From Thermoplasmatota archaeon (GTDB lineage Archaea > Thermoplasmatota > E2 > UBA202 > JdFR-43), in assembly GCA_029259055.1 (NCBI GenBank), contig JAPDJP010000007.1, forward strand, positions 3,289 through 67,288: a stretch of DNA of 64,000 bases, read 5' to 3'. Shown in pieces: positions 1-9,574 of the stretch. The position numbers were made by a program, and so were the translations under genes. Position 1 is the stretch's first letter; every line of letters begins with the position of its first letter. Under the pieces are notes generated by a model. The model was not told the origin of the DNA. It did not search any database and worked only from the letters and a program-made list of their open reading frames with translations.

Positions 1-481
1 TCGTTAGTATTGCTTTATCATTTCGAAATTGCTTGCATAATTTTTCCATTTCTATTTTGTCTTGGTTGTAATAGTATGTTGGATGTCCCCTCAATGGACT
101 ATCTTCCGTTAAATATTCAGGATTATCTGGCCAAGCCCCATATACCATTGTACTACTTGTTATAATTATTTTTTTAACATTTGTTTCCTTACAAGCTCTT
201 AATACATTTTTAGTTCCATTTACATTTATATCGCGCATTTCCTCTCTGTTATGAATTGGTTTTAAAACGAAAGCTAAATGAATAACAATATCTGCTTTCT
301 TAAATATATTTTTGATATTTCTATCCCTTACATCCATCCTATAATATTTCAATTTCTTAAAATTGTGTTTAAAATTTCTTCTTGATATGCCAATAATTTC
401 CTCACACTCCTCGTTTTTTTCCAATCTTTCTATTATTTTTCTTCCGAAATATCCTGCTGCCCCTGTTATGGCAACTTTCAT
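1..481 (-). CDS. NAD-dependent epimerase/dehydratase (extended SDR), N-terminal part; the gene runs off the left edge
   Basis: Reverse-strand ATG at 479-481. My own translation starts MKVAITGAAGYFGRKIIERL (GxxGxxG Rossmann motif) and stays open to position 1 (...NVNGTKNVLRACKE...ITSSTMVYGAWPDNP...). It is absent from the ORF track because it is truncated. Confidence 0.7.
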   Translation of the reverse strand, partial: MKVAITGAAGYFGRKIIERLEKNEECEEIIGISRRNFKHNFKKLKYYRMDVRDRNIKNIFKKADIVIHLAFVLKPIHNREEMRDINVNGTKNVLRACKETNVKKIIITSSTMVYGAWPDNPEYLTEDSPLRGHPTYYYNQDKIEMEKLCKQFRNDKAILT

Positions 482-536
482 GATTTTTAAAAATATGAAT
501 TTTATAAATCATAGTTAAAGAAAATTAAAGAAAAAT

Positions 537-953
537 TTAGTAAAATTTTAGCGTTAACTTTTCTAACAAATCTTCGAGTTGAGATAACGAGATTTTTACT
601 ATATTTGCCTTCTCTCTTCCCCCAAGCATTTTATATATTTTTTGAGCTAATTGACATTCATTTATATTGACTAAAAACAGGCCTTCATTTAACAACAAAA
701 AAGGATAGATTCTGCATACAAGAGGACGAGCTGGATAAATTTTACAGGCATTTTTCTCTAAAAATGGGCAAGGTGGTTCGATATATCCATTAAGTTCTTT
801 AAGAGTATCACCTATATAATTTTCTATTCTTTGTTTATCTTCTTCCAGTAAGGGAATGCGGTAATGACAGCATTTGCTACATCTATTACAAGCTCCTATT
901 AATCTATTTATTTCCTCACATATCTCAAGGACTTTGTTAACCAAAGCCCTCAT
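537..953 (-). CDS. YkgJ/UPF0153-type cysteine-cluster (putative Fe-S or Zn) protein
   Basis: 138 aa with the characteristic CxxCxxCC motif (CNRCSKCCH) and later conserved Cys (PPCPFL, ACKIYPARPLVCRIYP). Confidence 0.6.
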   Translation of the reverse strand: MRALVNKVLEICEEINRLIGACNRCSKCCHYRIPLLEEDKQRIENYIGDTLKELNGYIEPPCPFLEKNACKIYPARPLVCRIYPFLLLNEGLFLVNINECQLAQKIYKMLGGREKANIVKISLSQLEDLLEKLTLKFY

Positions 954-1010
954 GTAAAAATTCGAAATGGATATGAAAAGAAAAATAAAAAATTTGTGGT
1001 GAAAAATTTA

Positions 1011-1082
1011 TGGACCGGACGGGATTTGAACCCGTGACCTCCACCATGCCAAGGTGGCGATCTTCCGCTGATCTACCGGCCC
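1011..1082 (-). tRNA. tRNA-Ala (anticodon GGC)
   Basis: Reverse complement is GGGCCGGTAGATCAGCGGAAGATCGCCACCTTGGCATGGTGGAGGTCACGGGTTCAAATCCCGTCCGGTCCA. It folds as a cloverleaf with 7-bp acceptor stem, G3:U70 Ala identity pair, anticodon loop TTGGCAT and a TTCAAAT T-loop. No CCA is encoded. Confidence 0.9.
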
Positions 1083-1117
1083 TAATATGTATATCTATTT
1101 ATTCATAAAGCTTTTTG

Positions 1118-2998
1118 TTATCCGGTTTCGATTCTTTTCATTACTTCATCAATTAGAGCTTTCTGGGAATAAAATTCTATTTTGTTGCCAATCAATTTTC
1201 CTTCAGCAACAAGAGAATAAACCGCAAAAACTGGCTCTACATTTGGCTTTGCATATACTCGTAAGTTATATTCATTATTGCTTGCATTTTTTATAAGAAC
1301 CTTTATTTCAACATCTGTATTTTTAATGAAAACGAATTTTGTGAAATCCTTTGCATATTTTTTAGTTAAGTTTTCATCATATTTCCATCCTTTTGCTATC
1401 AATTCTGGATAATCCCTTACAGGCTTAAAATCCTCAAATGTTTCTATAGACGGATCTTCATAAGCTGGTACATCAATTTGAAAAGTGGGCAAATAAATAT
1501 GCTCCCAATCATTCCAATCATATGGCGCTCCGTTACTTCCATCAGAATAATCAAATAAATAGCTTCCATTCTCTGAGTAAAACCAAGGTTTATTGTAAAT
1601 ATATTGATAGTTCATTACACTATAATATTTTTCTAAATAACCATTATACTCATCATCTGGCATGCTTGGATATCTATCATAAACTCTTCTGCTAACAATA
1701 TCTATACCCGGAAATAAGCCTGGCATTAAGCCAAGAGAATGTCCCAATTCATGCAAAATCGCTTTTGCAAGCATAACCCTTATTTCTCTAGGAGTGAAGG
1801 CAATTCTCGTTATCATTGAATTGAAATCATTACTTACATAAATTGCATCAAATTTGTTGTATTTAACGGGCGTTATGAAACCACCTCCATCCTGCCTAAC
1901 GCCAACAACAACATATCGAAATATTCCTTTTCTTTCATCAGGAAAATGATGCTTGTAAAAAGCAAGTAATTGTTTTCCAAGTATATCATCTAAATTTGCC
2001 TGATAAGGCAATAATTCGCCTCCCCCATTTGGATATACACCCCATCCATCATCAATATAAACATTTATTCCATGTCTTGCAAATCTTTCAATAATCATCT
2101 GTTGGCTCTCTTTGTAAAATATATGGGGCAAGTCAAAGAAACCTTTCTTTTCCATCCCGTCTGTTTCAATATATATATCTGGTTGGAAGGGATTGGCAAA
2201 ATATTCCCTTAGTTTATATTCTTCAATATTTTCAATACCATCTATATCTGGGTCGAGCTTGCTATGTTCATTATAGGTAAATGGGTCATAACCATATTTC
2301 CATTCCCAATCAGTTGGGATTCCATCATTATCTGGATCGAGTTTACTATCATCTATTGTAGGGTCTGTTCCTAAAATATTCACTTCCACCCAATATGGTA
2401 TTCCATCATGGTCATAATCAGCTTGATAAAGATTAAACCAAATTTCATAATTTTTACCTAAATAGTGTCCCATTCCATCTTTATCCATAAAATAGTCATC
2501 CCCTGTCCATCTACCAGTTCTATAATCATATTTTAATGAAATTCTCTCCTTCTCTACTTCTTTTACATTTCTTCCAAATAATCCAGTAGGCACTAACTCG
2601 ATTATGGATATGACAACATTTGAATATTCTTTTTCTTCCTCAACATCAAACACCATTGAACTTTCATAGCCAATTGTATCCCATGTCGTATATACGCCTG
2701 TTTCTCCAACATTTCCCTTAGAACTCCCTTTTTTGCCATCAACTTCAATTACGTAATAAAAAGATGGTGGTTTTCTCCAATCCAGCCCATAACTTAACAT
2801 TTTATTCATTAGGCTTCTATTTCTTATTCTTAAAATTTCAACAAATAATGCCTGATTTTCTAATGGGCTAATTCTATCATCAATAACTTTTTCTTTTTTC
2901 TTTTCTATAGGTGCTTTCTGCATTTGCAATAAAGTTGCAAAAATAAGGATAACAACAATTATTAATCCAATTGCAATCTTTTCTTTTTTAGCCAACAT
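1118..2998 (-). CDS. Membrane-anchored/secreted zinc metalloprotease (HExxH) with thrombospondin-type-3-like Ca-binding repeats
   Basis: 626 aa with an N-terminal TM/signal segment (IGLIIVVILIFATLL). Three DxDxDG-type repeats (DYDHDGIPYW, DPDNDGIPTDWE, DPDIDGIENIEE). Zinc site ILHELGHSLGL followed by YSVMNY (Met-turn-like). Confidence 0.6.
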   Translation of the reverse strand: MLAKKEKIAIGLIIVVILIFATLLQMQKAPIEKKKEKVIDDRISPLENQALFVEILRIRNRSLMNKMLSYGLDWRKPPSFYYVIEVDGKKGSSKGNVGETGVYTTWDTIGYESSMVFDVEEEKEYSNVVISIIELVPTGLFGRNVKEVEKERISLKYDYRTGRWTGDDYFMDKDGMGHYLGKNYEIWFNLYQADYDHDGIPYWVEVNILGTDPTIDDSKLDPDNDGIPTDWEWKYGYDPFTYNEHSKLDPDIDGIENIEEYKLREYFANPFQPDIYIETDGMEKKGFFDLPHIFYKESQQMIIERFARHGINVYIDDGWGVYPNGGGELLPYQANLDDILGKQLLAFYKHHFPDERKGIFRYVVVGVRQDGGGFITPVKYNKFDAIYVSNDFNSMITRIAFTPREIRVMLAKAILHELGHSLGLMPGLFPGIDIVSRRVYDRYPSMPDDEYNGYLEKYYSVMNYQYIYNKPWFYSENGSYLFDYSDGSNGAPYDWNDWEHIYLPTFQIDVPAYEDPSIETFEDFKPVRDYPELIAKGWKYDENLTKKYAKDFTKFVFIKNTDVEIKVLIKNASNNEYNLRVYAKPNVEPVFAVYSLVAEGKLIGNKIEFYSQKALIDEVMKRIETG

Positions 2999-3021
2999 TA
3001 CATGAATAAGAATTTTTATTT

Positions 3022-5559
3022 TTATAGGTTGTGATAATGCTTGTCTATCTCCTCCTTTATCATTTCTTTTGCCTTCTTTTTTGCCTCTTTAATTTTGTTA
3101 GCATCTATACCAGCCTGCCCTATTGTTCTTCTTCCCCCGCCCCCCTTACCAAATTTATTTCCTATTTCCTTCGCAATCTCTGAGCAATCTAATGGCAAAT
3201 CATCAGAGCTAGCAATAGTTAATAAAATGTTTTCGCCTTTTTTGCTGGAAGAAATTACAATTGTTTTTTCTTTTGTTAGCTCTCTTATCGCTTGCATTGT
3301 TAGCTCGTCTTCAACAACAATTTTTATTCCTTTATATTCTTCAGCTTTTTCTTTTCCTAATTTTTTCTGCAATTTTTCTATTTCTTTTCTTAATCTCTTT
3401 CTCTCTTCCATAAGCTTTTTAATTGCTTCTATTAATCTTTCTGGTGGCGCCGCCAGTAAACTCGTTGCTTCTTTAAGCAATTTATCTTGTTTTTGCACAT
3501 ATTCTAAAGCTTTTTCTCCGGCACAGAATCTTATTCTCTCCACCCCATCCTGAATTCTTTCCACTCCAACAATCTTAATAAATCCTATCTCGGATGTGTT
3601 ATTAACATGTGTCCCTCCACATGCTTCCACTTCCATATCAGCAATATTTACAACTCTAATCATTTTTCCTTTAGGAGCTCCTCCCTGATAAAGTCTAAAT
3701 CCATATTTCTTTTCAGCCTCGTTTCTTTCCATAAATTCCTTTTTAACCGGCAAAGCTCTTCTTACCATTTCATTAGCAGTTCTTTCAATTTGCCTAATTT
3801 CTTCTTCCGTTATTCTCTTATAATGGGTTATATCAAGTCTAGCCTCATTTTCATCTAAATAGCTACCAGCCTGCCATATATGGCTTCCTAAAACCTCGCG
3901 GGCTGAGTAATTTATAATATGCGTCGCTGTGTGATGGCGCATCATTGCATAGCGACGTTGCCAATCTATTATGCCACGAACACTTCCCTTTTCTATTCCA
4001 TTTTCCACATAATGAAGAATTGCATTTCCAGCTTTTTCCACTTTTTTAACTTTGATTCTCTTTCCATTTTGAATGAAATAGCCAGTATCGTATTTTTGGC
4101 CTCCTCCTTCTGGATAAAAAACGGTTTTATCTAAAATTACTATATTTCCTTCCTTATGAATAATTTCTGCATCAATTTCCTTTTTATATTCGTCTTCATA
4201 ATATACAGGCCTTGTTTTATAATCAAATTTCTTTTCCTCTTTTAACTCTCTTCTTTCCGCTTTTAAATGCCTTTCCGCCACTTTTGATTCAAAATCATGA
4301 GGGATCTCTATATCAATAATTTCTTTTACAATTTCTGGATGAATGCCATGTGAATCATATAGCTCGATAAGTTTTTCCTCCGTTATTTTTCCTTTACTTG
4401 CGTATTTTTTAACCATTGCCTTTCCTTTTTCTAAAGCATTCAAAAATTTTTCCGTTTCAATTTCGATTATTTCTTTTATTCTTTTTGCTTCTTTTTTAAA
4501 TTCAGGAAAATCTTTAGCAAGATATTTCAAATGCTCTTCAATCACAGAATATAAACCTTCATCATATTCTATTTTCTTTATAAAACGTAAAGCTCTTCTT
4601 ATAATTAAGCGGGCTAAATAACCAGCTCCTGAGTTAGAAGGAACTATTCCATCTCCAAGCATAAAAAGAAGACATCTTGCATGGTCAGCAATTGCATAAA
4701 TACTTTTCATATCCTTTTTCTTTGCTCCATCCTTTAATTTTTCTATGGCATATGGAAAAATTGCATCGTAAACAGTTGTATTGCCATTAACAAGCCATAC
4801 AAGTCTTTCCAAACCATAGCCAGTGTCGACGATTTTCAAAGGCATTTCTGAATAATTTTCCCCTTTTACTATATACTCCCCATTATCATTTAATTCTAGA
4901 TTCATAAAAACTAGCGTAGCTATTTCTAATCCATGACTCAACACTTCCAAGCATGCTCCCGCATTGCCTCCGCCTGCCCACTCCGCCTCCTTATAGGAAA
5001 CATTTTCTATGCCGATTTGATTTAAAAATTCGTGGCAATATTTTGCTGTTTCTTCTGTCCAGTAAATATATTCTTTGTTGTTAAAGGCATGGTGTCCCAT
5101 CATTTCAAAAAGAGTAAGGTGTCTTCCGCTTTTTCCCACTTCTTCTAAATCATTTAGCCTTATGCTTGGCTGTGATATAACCAAAGGATTTGCTGGGGGA
5201 GGAACTTCTCCACTTGTAACATGAGGTTGAAAATCGGCTATGGAAGCTATAGTTAAATAAATATCATCTCTCCATCTTGCAACAACAGGATATCTTTTTA
5301 AGCGTGTATGATTATGCTTTTCAAAAAAAGAAAGAAATGCCTCCCTCATTTCATGCAAATCCATTTTCTTGCCTACTGGATTTCCAATGAAAGAATAGCT
5401 AACACAGGGAGCATCCCCACATAACTTTTGCTTCTCATCCTTCGTCCAAAAATAAGCTCCACATTTCTCACACTTTTTCCTAATAAAGCCTTCTTCCTTG
5501 AAGAAATTAAGTTGTAATGTTTTTTCCAGTTTAGGATGCATTGTTGTATATAAAGGCAT
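3022..5559 (-). CDS. alaS: Alanyl-tRNA synthetase (archaeal type)
   Basis: 845 aa. N-terminal zinc-ribbon-like CEKCGAYFWTKD...CGDAPC typical of archaeal AlaRS. Editing-domain HxxxH motif (HHTATHIINY...CGGTHV) and a C-terminal GGGG DHHA1-like tail. Confidence 0.95.
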   Translation of the reverse strand: MPLYTTMHPKLEKTLQLNFFKEEGFIRKKCEKCGAYFWTKDEKQKLCGDAPCVSYSFIGNPVGKKMDLHEMREAFLSFFEKHNHTRLKRYPVVARWRDDIYLTIASIADFQPHVTSGEVPPPANPLVISQPSIRLNDLEEVGKSGRHLTLFEMMGHHAFNNKEYIYWTEETAKYCHEFLNQIGIENVSYKEAEWAGGGNAGACLEVLSHGLEIATLVFMNLELNDNGEYIVKGENYSEMPLKIVDTGYGLERLVWLVNGNTTVYDAIFPYAIEKLKDGAKKKDMKSIYAIADHARCLLFMLGDGIVPSNSGAGYLARLIIRRALRFIKKIEYDEGLYSVIEEHLKYLAKDFPEFKKEAKRIKEIIEIETEKFLNALEKGKAMVKKYASKGKITEEKLIELYDSHGIHPEIVKEIIDIEIPHDFESKVAERHLKAERRELKEEKKFDYKTRPVYYEDEYKKEIDAEIIHKEGNIVILDKTVFYPEGGGQKYDTGYFIQNGKRIKVKKVEKAGNAILHYVENGIEKGSVRGIIDWQRRYAMMRHHTATHIINYSAREVLGSHIWQAGSYLDENEARLDITHYKRITEEEIRQIERTANEMVRRALPVKKEFMERNEAEKKYGFRLYQGGAPKGKMIRVVNIADMEVEACGGTHVNNTSEIGFIKIVGVERIQDGVERIRFCAGEKALEYVQKQDKLLKEATSLLAAPPERLIEAIKKLMEERKRLRKEIEKLQKKLGKEKAEEYKGIKIVVEDELTMQAIRELTKEKTIVISSSKKGENILLTIASSDDLPLDCSEIAKEIGNKFGKGGGGRRTIGQAGIDANKIKEAKKKAKEMIKEEIDKHYHNL

Positions 5560-5594
5560 CTATATATTATCTTTTGTTTGATTTATAGCGGTAT

Positions 5595-6995
5595 TTATAA
5601 CAAGGCTTCTTCAATTATTTTTCTATCGAGTTTTGATATGATTAGAGGAGGAGATGTTTCTCCTGCTGGTTTTTCAACTTCTTTTACTTCTTTTACTTCT
5701 ATTCTTACTTCTTCACCCAGCATTTTTTCATAATTTTTCTTAATCTCTTCAAGCAATTTTTCAACACTTACTTTTTTATTTCTCTCTTCCTCATCAATTT
5801 CAACTCTTATTTCTATATCATCTAAAGCTTTCTGAACAAATTGGAAGCGTTTAATTTGATGAGTATTGTATTTATTTGCAGTTTCTGCAAGAGGCATAGG
5901 GAAGGTTGCTGGAGGAAATATCTTGCCAGATGGTAAAATAATGGCATCTTTTTTCCTTCCTTCCAAATTCTTGAGTAAAGGGGTGTTCATTCCGCAATTA
6001 CAACCATTAGATGCAAATGATGCTAAATCATTTAATCCAGTATATCTTATTATTGGCGTCCCTCCCGGATAAAGTCTTGTTATAACTATGCTTCCAAATT
6101 CACCATAACTAACTGGCTCTTCATTTTTATCAAGAATTTCTACATGAACAAAATCATTATTTATATGAAAACCTCCCTCTAAACATTCAAAAGCTATTGT
6201 TCCACCTTCAGTTGTTGCATACAAATTTAATACTTTTGCATTAAAAGCTTCTTCTATATAATTTCTTGAATAACTATCTAAGACCTCCCCGCTTGATATT
6301 ATATATTTTGGATTAACTTTTTCACCCATTCCTTTTCTTTTTAAAGTAGCAATTCCCATTAAAACACTTGTATAACCAATTAACAATTCAGGCTGAAACT
6401 CCTCCATTTTTTTCAAAAGATTTTTTGCTTCCTCCCCCGTATATAAATTCTGATAATTATCTAATGAAAAGAAAGCTGATAAATTTTTTAGTAAACCCTT
6501 TTTTAAACATTCTTCGTCAGTAGTTTTTGGTATAGAAAAGTCCCCAATATTTGTTATTCTTGTTTTCCTCCAACTCATTCCATATGCTTTTAGCTGTCTC
6601 ACCCCTCCCAATGCCTCAATAAATATGTATTCAGCATCCTTATACATCATTACAGGGCGTCCAGAAGAGCCTGAGGTCCCAACCAAGTAGGCTTTATCTT
6701 TTTTATATTTTGGGGGGACAATATTATCTGGAAAAGCTTTTATTAAATCCTCCTTTGTAATTAATGGTAATTTGTGTAAATCATCTATCCCTCTAATATC
6801 GTCTAAATGCACACCAGCCTCCTTATATTTTTTATGGTATAAGGGAACCCTATATGCATATTTTAAAGCTTTTCTTAATGCTTTATCCTGGTATCTTTTT
6901 ATTTCTTCTGGCTTTAATTTCCAAGCTCTATTTACATCAGTAAGATAATGTTTAATTATTTTTGCTGTAAAGATTGGATTAAGGAGTGGATTCAT
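5595..6995 (-). CDS. Phenylacetate-CoA ligase / coenzyme F390 synthetase-like adenylate-forming enzyme
   Basis: 466 aa with the AMP-binding P-loop-like motif GTSGSSGRPV and later YATTEG. Overall length and layout fit the PaaK/FtsA family. Confidence 0.7.
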   Translation of the reverse strand: MNPLLNPIFTAKIIKHYLTDVNRAWKLKPEEIKRYQDKALRKALKYAYRVPLYHKKYKEAGVHLDDIRGIDDLHKLPLITKEDLIKAFPDNIVPPKYKKDKAYLVGTSGSSGRPVMMYKDAEYIFIEALGGVRQLKAYGMSWRKTRITNIGDFSIPKTTDEECLKKGLLKNLSAFFSLDNYQNLYTGEEAKNLLKKMEEFQPELLIGYTSVLMGIATLKRKGMGEKVNPKYIISSGEVLDSYSRNYIEEAFNAKVLNLYATTEGGTIAFECLEGGFHINNDFVHVEILDKNEEPVSYGEFGSIVITRLYPGGTPIIRYTGLNDLASFASNGCNCGMNTPLLKNLEGRKKDAIILPSGKIFPPATFPMPLAETANKYNTHQIKRFQFVQKALDDIEIRVEIDEEERNKKVSVEKLLEEIKKNYEKMLGEEVRIEVKEVKEVEKPAGETSPPLIISKLDRKIIEEALL

Positions 6996-7018
6996 ATTTT
7001 GCTAAAAAATTGGAATAT

Positions 7019-7567
7019 TTAATTTTTAGTTTCGTTTTTTCCGCCAAATCTTTCCCACTCGCTTATCAAACAGCCACAATATTTCTGACTATATAAACCA
7101 TAAACTTTTGCTATTGCTTTATTTCTTTGCCATCCTTTCCTAAAATCTTCATAATAAAATTCTATTTCGTATTCTTTTGCCAATATTTCACCTAACTTTT
7201 TAATTTCATCATGATACTGCTGATGGGATGAAAGAAGAGTTGTAGTAAAAAATGGGAAACCATTTTCCTTTGCATATCTTGCGGTTTTTTCAAGCCTATA
7301 TTTATAACAGTTTATACAGCGCGCTGGTCTATTAATATTTTTTAATTGTGATTTTAAAAAATTTATATAGTCATACTCATCATAAATGATTTTTATTTTT
7401 TCAATTTCTGCATATTTTTCTAATGCTTCTTTTCTTGCCTTATATTCCATATAAGGATGAATATTTGGATTATACCAATACCCAACAACTTCATAACCCT
7501 CTTCTTTTAATCTTTCATACGGGTATATGAAACAGATTGTACAGCAAACATGAACAAGGATTTTCAT
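7019..7567 (-). CDS. queH: DUF208 family protein, QueH-like epoxyqueuosine reductase homolog
   Basis: 182 aa. Starts MKILVHVCCTIC, then YNPNIHPYMEY, RCINCYKYRLEKTA, FTTTLLSS and YCGCLIS, the conserved Cys and motif set of DUF208/QueH. Confidence 0.75.
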   Translation of the reverse strand: MKILVHVCCTICFIYPYERLKEEGYEVVGYWYNPNIHPYMEYKARKEALEKYAEIEKIKIIYDEYDYINFLKSQLKNINRPARCINCYKYRLEKTARYAKENGFPFFTTTLLSSHQQYHDEIKKLGEILAKEYEIEFYYEDFRKGWQRNKAIAKVYGLYSQKYCGCLISEWERFGGKNETKN

Positions 7568-7657
7568 AATTTTGATTCTTTATGATATATATATTTATAG
7601 TGGTGTGGCTCATTGTTACAGCCTTATATTATTTTTATATTACTATTACTTTTTCTT

Positions 7658-8524
7658 TTATATTACTTGCAATCCCAATTTTTTAGCATAATTATACGCT
7701 TTATTATATTCCTCCAAGCTTAGTCTCCTATTTATTTCCTCATATTCAAAGGCTTTATAAGTTGGATAATATTGATCCATTACATTGACAATCGCCTCTG
7801 GAACATTTTCCGCTATCCATTCGATAATTGGTTTAGAACAGCATTCAATATGGTTGGGAAGAACAAGATGTCTTATTATCATTTCCCCCTGCCTATATGC
7901 AATTTCATGATTCCTAGTTACTATCTCCCAGTAATTTTTTATTTTTGATAACCTATAGGCACATTTATCATTTCCATACTTAAAATCCGTTAAATAAACA
8001 TCAATAATATAATTAAGAATATCCATTGTTTCATTACTACAATACATGTTCGAATTCCAAATTTGGGGTAAATTTGCATTACATTCTTTTAACACTTTCA
8101 ATATATATAGAAGATGGGGCGTCGGCTCCCCACCAACCCAGTTCACATTTCTTGCTTTTCCCTCTGCTTTTTCTATTAAAAAAGCCATTTTTTCCGGCTC
8201 AATATATATTCCCGCTTCATATTGCGAGATATCCCAATTTTGACAATACACACAATAAAAAGTACAACCGGAGAAGAAAATTGTATATGATGGAATTAGC
8301 ATTGGCTCCTCGCCATAATGATAAAAATGAGATGCAATGCTCGTTTCTTTTACTCTACATTTACCAACTTTCTCATATCTATTTATGTGGCATCTGTGCT
8401 CACAGAAATGGCAATTTCTATAAATTTCCTCGGCTTTTTCAATGAGTTTTTCCATTCTATTTTTATTTACTAAATATTTGCTTTTCCTTTTTCCTTCCAA
8501 AATTTCATAGTATTTTTCAAGCAT
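7658..8524 (-). CDS. Radical SAM protein, PflX/PFL-activase-like (COG1313-like)
   Basis: 288 aa. N-terminal auxiliary Cys cluster CHFCEHRCHINR...GKC. HYGEEP motif. Radical SAM cluster GCTFYCVYCQNWDIS. Its start overlaps the stop of the upstream AMMECR1 gene by 8 nt. Confidence 0.8.
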   Translation of the reverse strand: MLEKYYEILEGKRKSKYLVNKNRMEKLIEKAEEIYRNCHFCEHRCHINRYEKVGKCRVKETSIASHFYHYGEEPMLIPSYTIFFSGCTFYCVYCQNWDISQYEAGIYIEPEKMAFLIEKAEGKARNVNWVGGEPTPHLLYILKVLKECNANLPQIWNSNMYCSNETMDILNYIIDVYLTDFKYGNDKCAYRLSKIKNYWEIVTRNHEIAYRQGEMIIRHLVLPNHIECCSKPIIEWIAENVPEAIVNVMDQYYPTYKAFEYEEINRRLSLEEYNKAYNYAKKLGLQVI

Positions 8525-9113
8525 ATTCTATCTTAATAATCTCTCCCCTGGGCTCCTTTTCTGCAAAAATTTCTCCTTGAAATTTATAAACTTTCGTATC
8601 TTTGTCAAACCACGCATCTGGTGGTAAACCAGCCTTAATACAAGTCTGACTTAAAAATTCTTCTTCATTCCATTTATATTCAACAGGCACTTGAGGTAAT
8701 AAAAGACCTTTATAAATTCCTTTTTCAACCATTAATCCGTCTCTCCCTATTTTAATTTTTTTCGGATATTCTGTAGGCTCGCATTTCATTAATTCTGGCG
8801 GAGTAAGAACCGTCACTTCAATAACTATCCCATCAAGTTCCTCTTCTCTTAAATCAGGAAACCTTGGGTCATGACAGGCAGATACGGCGGATTCTTTAAT
8901 TGCTTTTCTCAGAGGATAAACTGGCTCAGGTATACCAATGCATCCTCTCAAATCATGGCTTGGATAAAGATTTATTGTTACAAAAACTCCTGCTTTTTCT
9001 TCAAAATTTTCCAAATCTTCTATTTTCTCCCCCTTAACATGTTTCTCTATGACGCTTCTTGCATATTTTACTAGTTTTTTACCATCCTCCAATGAAAGCA
9101 TATTTCTAATCAA
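8517..9113 (-). CDS. AMMECR1 domain protein
   Basis: 198 aa with the hallmark LRGCIG motif and DPRFP, plus the typical N-terminal LxYAR and C-terminal layout. Confidence 0.85.
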   Translation of the reverse strand: MIRNMLSLEDGKKLVKYARSVIEKHVKGEKIEDLENFEEKAGVFVTINLYPSHDLRGCIGIPEPVYPLRKAIKESAVSACHDPRFPDLREEELDGIVIEVTVLTPPELMKCEPTEYPKKIKIGRDGLMVEKGIYKGLLLPQVPVEYKWNEEEFLSQTCIKAGLPPDAWFDKDTKVYKFQGEIFAEKEPRGEIIKIEYA

Positions 9114-9130
9114 GGAGAAATTTATAAAAG

Positions 9131-9574
9131 TTATAATTCGATTCCCATTTCTTCTCTGCTTCTCCCTGCCTCCCTAAGAACTTTTTCCGCAACAAATATA
9201 TCACACCCTTCTCTTACAGCCAGCGCAATACAATCGCTGGGGCGTGCATCTACAACAATTTCTCCTTTTGTATGTTCCAAATATAATTTTGCCATAAATA
9301 CTCCTTCTATTAAATCATCAATTACTACTTTTTTAATGGATGCTCCCAAAGAATTTATTACTTGTATAAACAAATCATGTGTAAGGGGGCGATGGAATCT
9401 TTTTCCATGCAACCCATTCATTATACTTTCTGCCTGAACATAGCTTACATAGATTGGTAGAGCCATTTCCTCATTTACCAATATTATTTCTGAATATCTA
9501 TCAGTATGATATGCATGTGGGTATACATCCATTTTTATCAATTTTTCTTTCATACTATTCCTCCAATTCCGCAA
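9131..9574 (-). CDS. Bifunctional nuclease family protein (DUF151)
   Basis: RPLTHDLF and ARPSDCIALAVR motifs. The start may be the internal Met at 9553, which would remove the overlap with htpX. Confidence 0.7.
   Translation of the reverse strand: MRNWRNSMKEKLIKMDVYPHAYHTDRYSEIILVNEEMALPIYVSYVQAESIMNGLHGKRFHRPLTHDLFIQVINSLGASIKKVVIDDLIEGVFMAKLYLEHTKGEIVVDARPSDCIALAVREGCDIFVAEKVLREAGRSREEMGIEL

Noticed and set aside
1087-1296. A 69-aa plus-strand ORF just after tRNA-Ala.
   Set aside because: It overlaps the 3' end of the 626-aa metalloprotease gene on the opposite strand and has no recognisable features.
3041-4621. Several plus-strand ORFs (3041-3553, 3607-3858, 3919-4134, 4343-4621) rich in F/S/I/L.
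   Set aside because: They are antisense to the well-supported alaS gene. Low-complexity Phe/Ser/Leu-rich translations are the expected mirror of a Lys/Glu-rich AT-rich coding strand. The same reasoning applies to 8026-8445, 10066-10443, 13099-13581, 17702-18234, 37411-37866, 42632-43042, 56631-57275, 60195-60668 and the many short ORFs inside the 1257-aa gene.
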